From contig BROI01000022.1 in NCBI GenBank assembly GCA_027923505.1, forward strand, positions 372,001 through 436,000: 64,000 bases of DNA, given 5' to 3'. The stretch comes from Mayamaea pseudoterrestris (taxonomy: Eukaryota). The position numbers were made by a program, and so were the translations under genes. Shown piece after piece: positions 58,001 through 64,000 of this stretch. Within the stretch, counting starts at the first letter, position 1; every line of letters starts with the position of its first letter. Under the pieces are notes generated by a model that had not been told where the DNA came from, did no database searches, and worked only from the letters and a program-made list of their open reading frames with translations.

Positions 58001-58537
58001 CGAAAGACTCACTTGATCCCGCCTTCTTTTAAAATTATAGCCATCACATTTATGGCTGGCTTGGCTGCGCTTGCTGAAGCGGGGCGCGGTGTGAAAGCTC
58101 GGAAGAACAAGCGGTTTGCCCGAAAGGTCCTTGTCAAGTTTAAAAGCATGTATACCTTGAACTCGCCGCAGAATTGCCTCGGCATGCAGTTTCTATTGGA
58201 GGCAGAGCTTGCCGCATTATCTAAAAATGACGACAAGGCACGTTTGAGTTTCGCAGCAGCAATTGCCATGGCTGAAGCGAACCAACTCTTGTACTTGCGC
58301 GGATTGGTTTACGAGCGTGCCGGCCGTCACTTGTTTGCGCTTGGCGAGCGAAAGGAAGCGTTTAACCTTTTTGTCAAGGCGATTGAGGCATATTCTCACT
58401 GGGGCGCATCTCGCAAGGTACAAATGCTTGAACTTCAATTGGAACTCGACTACAAGATCAGCAGGCCTTGCACCTATTTGAGCGCGTCTTCGCCAGACCA
58501 TCCCGACTACGGTAGAACGACCAGCTTTGATATTTAA
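55034..58537 (+). CDS. STAND-class P-loop ATPase (AAA_16/COG3899-like) with a TPR-like helical C-terminus
   Basis: Walker A 'ITGPCGSGKS' and Walker B 'LVLILDDLHYAD'. Also 'TDGNIFYV', 'YSFNHEYLQMAAY', 'WRDEYDLTL' and 'AYSHWGA..KV'. Intronless. Confidence 0.85.
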   Translation: MASMIAAPSGSLANPAPFDHDETEDAPKFRHGVPTSSIQPADLVLQKVAEPGARSQTQGSASTASTESSTESGFMAEQKQQRIDQDCSLSNEGNDDATDSTCVAHKLQVKYLRAEEQALIEKLFLKRMQPTSNVKSGTSTSVRPLSAPSPCSLLLITGPCGSGKSYLAKTCLQPLVQERNGLLVRGTFDKSQLYAPSPYSALTMALTEWTQLVVQQGIVNVQRVKQAIINGVGEDDAGLLQSMIPAVECILGTSAATNDTTGSSNEQTTNKKKCPNMNAICGANIKSKQSLQRFTSVLTNFLHSISSCESPLVLILDDLHYADPCSLDILACLVCNTPGMFLVGTCDDSSVLGKSYLASKLREIEDTSEVSLVHVQLGNLHEEQVNQLLRMTFTVNRASGVDETSDQDDSVKALAKLLMEQTDGNIFYVTAFLHWLVKSELLDRHGASATEPWTWDVDEIRLSLPSAQKMDVVDFLSGRFLEELPCDLKETLKVAACIGSHISGRLVEHAFGTSALPCLREARERGILLGDDEHGVYSFNHEYLQMAAYRLIPKADLALYHLEIGRRIWRHISPCGLHRLLFVILAQMQHGKHLITRDKERLAVANLCLSAGTVAARTSTFRTAAIYLEFGILMLEDRSWRDEYDLTLSLFKFAAEVQMCTANFERMDELVNAVLKNARRLLDKIPAYCTRIYALSVQGQGEQAILTGVDVLAGLGENFPGRLCGVQLHKLYCKVAKQLYGKSDEVILRMPTLIDEEKLASLQVLHLIFITALLSRPRFTPFIVLTMMDITLRNGLSAFSSLAFAYFGMVCLQYINDTKMAFRYGELSLALLDRFQAEEFIPRVHCAFYGCIYPRRKPLEDTLEHLWTAHLIGMRTGDHNAAFLCASLWMINAFESNVPLPAIERRMKKCRESMRSYRQTTQMAVVQPHLSTIDFLMGVAEDDGFDDTDNVLEPQNNVTTEFNIPFTRLQRSFFFNDFENTTSIQIALTRKTHLIPPSFKIIAITFMAGLAALAEAGRGVKARKNKRFARKVLVKFKSMYTLNSPQNCLGMQFLLEAELAALSKNDDKARLSFAAAIAMAEANQLLYLRGLVYERAGRHLFALGERKEAFNLFVKAIEAYSHWGASRKVQMLELQLELDYKISRPCTYLSASSPDHPDYGRTTSFDI

Positions 58538-58745
58538 CAAATCTAACATTTCATATCTGTAAACAATTGAATTATGCTATATCCCTCAAGCAAAGGAACG
58601 CGCGGAAACTTTCTTCAAGAAGGTCCATTGTTCACCCTACTCAAGCTGTAGGTGGATCAGCTGTACAAACTTAATAAAAAATGGGTACAGTATATTATAC
58701 AGTTAATGTGCGCTTTCGAATAGCGAAAATGCCTTGTTAACAAAC

Positions 58746-60074
58746 TCATTTTTCGAATCTCCCATAACGAACTGATCGTTCGATGGCAACCCGCAAGCTC
58801 CTCCAAATGGGCAACCACACATATGGCGTCGTGCAGAAATGAGTACAGTCAGGAAATCCGGGATGCAGCTCCCACAGTGTTTTCGTGAATTGTCGAAAGG
58901 GAAGCATGACGAGTTCATGCAGTGTTTCTGGCAGCGCTGTAAAGTTGGGCGCGCTGGCGTCAACTAGCGTCAGGTTCATTGCATGAAGTAAATCCCTCAT
59001 TGAATTTGTTGTAAACGAGGTGTTGTAATAGTCTGCTTCTTTCATCGGAATACAGGAATCTCGATTCCGAAGGACTTCGAATCGAAAATGGCCACCAGGC
59101 GTATCAAAGTGCTGCGACGACGACTCTCTCCACAAAATCAGCGGGACTCTCTTCCGCAACCAGTCGAGTTCTGCAGTAGAGTCACGCATGAATTCATGCA
59201 ACTGTTTATAAACTTGATAATGGACACCATGATCAAACACGAGAATGTCAATGCCAGGATACATTCTAAAAATTGCCTCGCGCGCCGCTGCATCAGGCCG
59301 AAACATGTTGAAGAAACGAATCGTCGTAGATTGCTGCCCATCATTGGATGTGACATGCACATGCTGCGTACTATCCCACCGATAAGGCTGGAAGCTCGTA
59401 TCATTCGTCAGCTTATCAATCCATGATGTCACATTGTACCCTTGCCGTCGCAAGTCGCAATCCAACCCCACGGTGACTTGCCGCGTCATTGAATCACCTA
59501 GAAATGCCAAAGTCAAATTGTGTTGAAACAATACTTCTAAAATTTGACACAAGTCGCACGTTCTCTCTCCAGGAAATGGTAGTGGATGATCTTGGAGCCA
59601 CTGGAGCGACAAGTTCTGCAGTTTTTCGTAGGGAAGGAGCTAGTAACATATGTTTGAGAAAAAATCATGCACGTGAGTCAAGATACTGGCAATGACCATG
59701 CACTACTTCCCATGCGTTACCATGTTGTCAAGATTGTTGAGACATTTTTCGGGATGAAAGTTGATTTCGTGTCCTGACGACGAGCTTCCGAGACAGCAAT
59801 AAGATGGAATTCCGGCTGGCGGTGCACATATCCGTTCCGCTGCACTCACTACCTCCCATAATTGCAGTGGAATGATTGGAAACAATGATGGGTCGTCGCC
59901 GTTACGTTTTGCTAGCTCTGTTGGATTGTGTCGGCCGATTTGAAAAATTGCATCCTGAAGAGGCCGCCCTGTTTCGACGGAATATAACACGATGCGCCAA
60001 AGCTCCATGACGAAAATAAAGGCAAGAATATTGCGCAATCGATGCTGGGAAGGAAAATGGCAACCATGCCACAT
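58746..60074 (-). CDS. PC-esterase / TBL-like SGNH acyltransferase-esterase with a type II membrane anchor; exons 60074-59721, ~59639-58746
   Basis: Motifs 'LAFLGDSMTRQ', 'WRESSSQHF' and 'DCTHFC'. N-terminal TM 'ILAFIFVMELW'. Phase-0 intron (acceptor leaving the exon start at 59639 or 59615). Confidence 0.8.
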
Positions 60075-60338
60075 GGTCCCGGTGTGTGAGAGAGGGGCAA
60101 AGGGAGTAAAGCATGCGAGGAGAATTTTGAAAAAGAAAAGATAGTGGTCGCAATGGCTGTGCCGGAATACCGCTGCGACTTAATTAATTATTTTTTAAAC
60201 TGTGGTACCGCGACCCAGTGCATGCCTTAGTGAAACATGAGTTGGCATTCACTTAGCCTAACAAACGGACATAAGGACCCAAGAATGAGGATACAGTTTT
60301 CGAGACATATGTTATCAGTTTAAAGGCAGCTTTTTTGT

Positions 60339-62075
60339 TTACGTCTTCTTCTCAAACTGCACAGGAGCTGTCCTTGGGCCAGCTCCTCTGACGCCTGTTC
60401 CTCCTTCCGCTCCGGCAAATCCCTTGTCGGGCTGGAACTTGTTCGTGGCTCCCTCGACCAGTTTGTCATACTGCTCATCTGCGTTGTAGTCCGTTTCGCC
60501 GCGCGTTGGTCTGTAAATGGTGCTTGCCGCTTGTTGATCACCAAACAAAGGCTTGGTGTAGGTATTGTACTCATCTTCACCACCAAAGCCAGAATCCATG
60601 CCGGAAGTTTGATTGTACAATCTAGAATCCACATCACCACCCAGTCCGCCTGTTCCAGTGTGAACGCCAAGCGCAATCTTTTCCGAAACGTCACGCTCCT
60701 CCTCCAATTTCTTCTTTTTCAGTTCAATGTTCTTGTCCATGCGCATTTCCTTTTCGCGTTCACGCTTACGCTCCATGCGCAGTCGCTCGCGCTGCCGCGC
60801 CGCAACGTCATCCTCCGACTCTCGCACAATGTCCTTTCCATGATTGGAACGGTCGTCATCATCATCATCCTCACTCTCATCGCGCCGACCAGCACTCACG
60901 CCAGGTACAACAGCACCACCCCGCTCCATGCGCGCCTGATTCGCCAATTGCCGCAACTCCTCCTCGCGCTGAACCTTTTCCTGCATGGCCATTTTCTGCT
61001 GCACCTGCGCGCGCAAACGCACCTCGGTCCGCGCCGCACGCTCCGCCTCGTACAAGGATTCCGAGAGCGTGGCAAAGTGCTCATTGATCGAAAAGTCGCG
61101 CAAACCGCGTCCATCCGCCGCCAAGCGCTTGTCGAGCGGTATCGTGTAGCCGCGGGCATTCTTCCAGTTGCTAATGCAGGCGGGAACGTTCCATGACGCC
61201 TTTTCCTCCTTGGTCAGCTTCTTGTTGGGAGCATGCAGCACCGGCACTGGATCTTCCGCTGGACCAGGTGGAGCCTTAATGTGCTTGTGTTTCGGCGGCA
61301 TCATGGGATCGACTTGGGCTGGCACCATTTGAATGACGCGCTGAGCCGCCGCTGGATTGTAACCAGGTGCATCGGGTCGAGGCGTGTACTTGATGAACTG
61401 CGTCTTGCTTTCAATGTCTCGCGACGAGTCCACGTGCGCCAAGGCACTTCCCGACGGCTTTTGCATGGCCGTCTTTTTATTGATAATGGCGCTAACGGCA
61501 GCCTGCGTGCGTGCCGCTTCGGCGGCTTGCTCCTCCTCCGTCGGCAAGGCGATATCGTCCGCCTTGGCCTTGCCGCCCTTCATGTCTTGTAGTTTCGTGT
61601 AAACAAGCTTGTCAGAGTTTGTTCCACCCTTGATGATGGAATCAAATGATACTTGACCGGTCTTGTCCACCTGCACATTGACAATGGCAGTCGATGTCGC
61701 TTGCGCTCCAATCACTCCGCTGCTCGCCGCTTGTTGCTTGCGCAAATGCGGATTACCCATGTGTCGCGGATACTGCGCCATGTGAATCTCGGGAAAGGCA
61801 CCGCCGTCGTCGAAATCAGCCAGTGATCTTGGCACAAACAGTTTGGTGCGCTTGCGTTCCTCGGGAGTCAAGGTGGCCATGTGAGCAGCGGCGGAGCAAC
61901 GTTCCTCGTAGGAGGGAGCGCGAGGCGCAGCAGCTGGGAGTTGCGGTTGCTGCTGCTGCTGCTGGTGCGGCTCTTTCTTTTGTTTATTCGGTGCAATTGC
62001 GTCATTTCCTTCATCAAGATTTTTTGTAACTGTAGGTACAACGTTACGAGGCGGAGGTAGGGAGAGGGATGCCAT
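60339..62075 (-). CDS. SNW1: SNW1/SKIP/Prp45 spliceosomal protein
   Basis: Motifs 'DFDDGGAFPEIHMAQYP', 'DPMMPPKHKH', 'ISNWKNARGYTIPLDKRLAADGRG', 'SEKIALG' and 'PVQFEK'. Confidence 0.97.
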   Translation of the reverse strand: MASLSLPPPRNVVPTVTKNLDEGNDAIAPNKQKKEPHQQQQQQPQLPAAAPRAPSYEERCSAAAHMATLTPEERKRTKLFVPRSLADFDDGGAFPEIHMAQYPRHMGNPHLRKQQAASSGVIGAQATSTAIVNVQVDKTGQVSFDSIIKGGTNSDKLVYTKLQDMKGGKAKADDIALPTEEEQAAEAARTQAAVSAIINKKTAMQKPSGSALAHVDSSRDIESKTQFIKYTPRPDAPGYNPAAAQRVIQMVPAQVDPMMPPKHKHIKAPPGPAEDPVPVLHAPNKKLTKEEKASWNVPACISNWKNARGYTIPLDKRLAADGRGLRDFSINEHFATLSESLYEAERAARTEVRLRAQVQQKMAMQEKVQREEELRQLANQARMERGGAVVPGVSAGRRDESEDDDDDDRSNHGKDIVRESEDDVAARQRERLRMERKREREKEMRMDKNIELKKKKLEEERDVSEKIALGVHTGTGGLGGDVDSRLYNQTSGMDSGFGGEDEYNTYTKPLFGDQQAASTIYRPTRGETDYNADEQYDKLVEGATNKFQPDKGFAGAEGGTGVRGAGPRTAPVQFEKKT

Positions 62076-62306
62076 GGTGATATTGATCGTGGGCAAACTA
62101 TAGAAACCACATGGCAGCGCAGCAGCGCTACGATGGCTCAGGCGTGACGCGAAACGATTGGTGTGTCGCATCGATTCTCGTTCACCGGTACGTGGATCAA
62201 GTATCATATCGCACCGGCACTCTTATCAGGCGTTCCATCGCAGCGTCCATTCGATCCTCCGAGCTTCGTCCATTGTCCTCCTTCTTTCATCACTTTTTTT
62301 TTCGTC

Positions 62307-63677
62307 ATGACAAGCCCTGTCACAGTCCATCTACTAATAACCAGTGACGAGGATGCTCTCTATGCGAAGCAAGTGAGCGAGATTCTGGACGAGCGATTCA
62401 AAATCCGACGCGTCTTGGTGCGATCCGCCGACGCTCCCTTCGGTCGACTGGTGGAAGACACGCCACTTGCATGCCTCTACGTTGTTTTGGGCGAGTCGAC
62501 GCTAATTATTGCAGCATTGGAACGAGAGATTCCACATCCTGTCATTAAATTATCATTAACGAAGAATGCGTTCGAGACTGCCTTGACCATTGCCAAGCAT
62601 TGCTCACTGGCCGGTGGAAATCTCTGCACTGTTGTTTCCGACGCCGTGCGCCAGCAACATCAAGCTCGCCTCGTGAAGGACGCGCAACATAAAACGCAGT
62701 CGCACTACTACATGTCAAACATTCATCGCGTCATAGACGGACATACACAAATTACTGGAGACAGCGTCACTATGGACGGTTGCATGCGCGGCAAGGTGCG
62801 CGACCGCTACGTGGGCGAAACGACCATGGCACTGGTGACGACGGATCGACAGTCCGGCTTTGATCGCCACTTGGCGCACGTTCCCTTTAAAGGTGCGGTT
62901 TTGAACTTGACGAGCGCCTACTGGTTTGATGCGACCAAGCATATTATAGCAAACCACTTGTTGAATGTGCCGCATCCATATGTCAGCATTGTGCGCAAGT
63001 GCAAACCCTTTCCCATTGAATTCGTGGTGCGGGCCTACATGACGGGATCCACTTCGACGTCTATTTGGAAGAATTATGAAAGCGGCGTCCGCAACTACTG
63101 CGGGCACACGCTAGTGGATGGCATGATTAAGAACCAAAAGTTAAATCACGTCATTTTGACGCCCACCACCAAGGAGGAGGAGCATGATCGGCCGATTAGT
63201 TTGGTAGATATTGTGAAGGAGAATTGGATGTCGCAGGAGGATCTGGACGTTTGCGCCGAGGCGGCGTTGAAGGTGTTTGCGCTGGGGCAATCGGTGGCCT
63301 CCGAACGTGGACTCATATTGGTGGACACCAAGTTTGAGTTTGGCCGCGACGTTGCCACGGGAGAAATTTTACTCATTGACGAGGTGTTGACGCCAGACTC
63401 GTCGCGATACTGGCTGGGTAGTACGTACGAGGAACGAATCTCCGAAGGACTGGAGCCGGACAATATTGACAAGGAGTTTCTGCGGCTCTGGTTTCGAGAC
63501 AATTGTGATCCTTACGATACGAATGTGGAATTGCCCGAAGCGCCGAGGGAATTGGTCGTGGAGCTGGCGAGACGATACATTACGTTGTATGAAATGATTA
63601 CTTGGAAAACGTTTGACTTTGACGCCGTCGAAGGAGAATCAGCTATATCCGCGGCAATACAAAAGCATCTATCGTAG
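62307..63677 (+). CDS. purC: SAICAR synthetase with an N-terminal degenerate PurE-like domain
   Basis: Motifs 'RGKVRDRY', 'TTDRQSGFD', 'PIEFVVRAY.TGS', 'TPTTK', 'LVDTKFEFG', 'DEVLTPDSSRYW' and 'DKEFLR.W'. Confidence 0.95.
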   Translation: MTSPVTVHLLITSDEDALYAKQVSEILDERFKIRRVLVRSADAPFGRLVEDTPLACLYVVLGESTLIIAALEREIPHPVIKLSLTKNAFETALTIAKHCSLAGGNLCTVVSDAVRQQHQARLVKDAQHKTQSHYYMSNIHRVIDGHTQITGDSVTMDGCMRGKVRDRYVGETTMALVTTDRQSGFDRHLAHVPFKGAVLNLTSAYWFDATKHIIANHLLNVPHPYVSIVRKCKPFPIEFVVRAYMTGSTSTSIWKNYESGVRNYCGHTLVDGMIKNQKLNHVILTPTTKEEEHDRPISLVDIVKENWMSQEDLDVCAEAALKVFALGQSVASERGLILVDTKFEFGRDVATGEILLIDEVLTPDSSRYWLGSTYEERISEGLEPDNIDKEFLRLWFRDNCDPYDTNVELPEAPRELVVELARRYITLYEMITWKTFDFDAVEGESAISAAIQKHLS

Positions 63678-63830
63678 ACAAGCAATGCTTTAAACTCGTT
63701 TTATATAGTTTATAGCGACGCATCTTAGCGTTAGCACAGGCTGTTAGCACTGCACATACTTATAGCAGCTGATAATGAGCTTCTAAAAAGCTGCTATCTC
63801 TGATAGATACATGTGGCCCCAGAGCTTGCG

Positions 63831-64000
63831 CTATATCCCAAGCACCTTCTCACTCAGCTCCCACAGTTTCTGTGCCTTCACATCATCTTGCGCCTCCTTG
63901 CTAACATTACTCAACGCAAACTCTCGACCGTACGCCGCATCTCCATACTTGCCTGATCCAGGTTTGGCCAAGTAGTACCCTCCCTTGGTGTCGACACTGC
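63831..64000 (-). CDS. 3' end of a short-chain dehydrogenase/reductase (POR/retinol-dehydrogenase-like), partial
   Basis: The minus-strand frame reads 'SVDTKGGYY...SKEAQDDVKAQKLWELSEKVLGI*', a typical C-terminus of this SDR subgroup. It is not in the ORF track. Confidence 0.7.
   Translation of the reverse strand, partial: SVDTKGGYYLAKPGSGKYGDAAYGREFALSNVSKEAQDDVKAQKLWELSEKVLGI

Noticed and set aside
28708..60074. GH10 glycosidase and PC-esterase as a xylan-modifying cluster
   Set aside because: They are ~28 kb apart with unrelated housekeeping genes between them and have different predicted compartments.

Overview
Compact eukaryotic nuclear DNA, most likely from a diatom or related photosynthetic stramenopile. 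The evidence is short GT-AG introns (mostly 66-225 nt), tightly packed and often head-to-head genes, and several bipartite signal-peptide plus ASAF-like plastid presequences. I can support about 33 protein-coding genes. Many are split across several ORFs in the track, and I rebuilt them by reading the splice sites. They include Mot1/BTAF1, a PNUTS-like protein with two RRMs, a PPR protein, V-ATPase e, ABC1 kinase, a PsbP-domain protein, potato inhibitor I, RPL24, a REX4-type exonuclease, a GH10 glycosidase, uS5m, a Dictyostelium PdeD/PdeE-like metallo-beta-lactamase/cNMP phosphodiesterase, a PCNVIRE CDK, an NDUFA8-like protein, nadC, a desaturase, a degenerate torsin-like protein, NIT2, a tandem TrmY-like SPOUT protein, a dual-domain CaMK-like kinase, a STAND ATPase, a PC-esterase, SNW1 and a PurE-like/PurC fusion. 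I recognised no tRNA, rRNA, CRISPR array or transposon. The most interesting items are the PNUTS-RRM gene with a 1.17-kb intron holding a duplicated structured element, the TrmY-like tandem SPOUT protein, the cNMP-gated phosphodiesterase, the pseudo-torsin, the dual kinase with duplicated intron positions and the reversed degenerate PurE-PurC fusion. All family calls come from reading motifs by eye; no database search was run.
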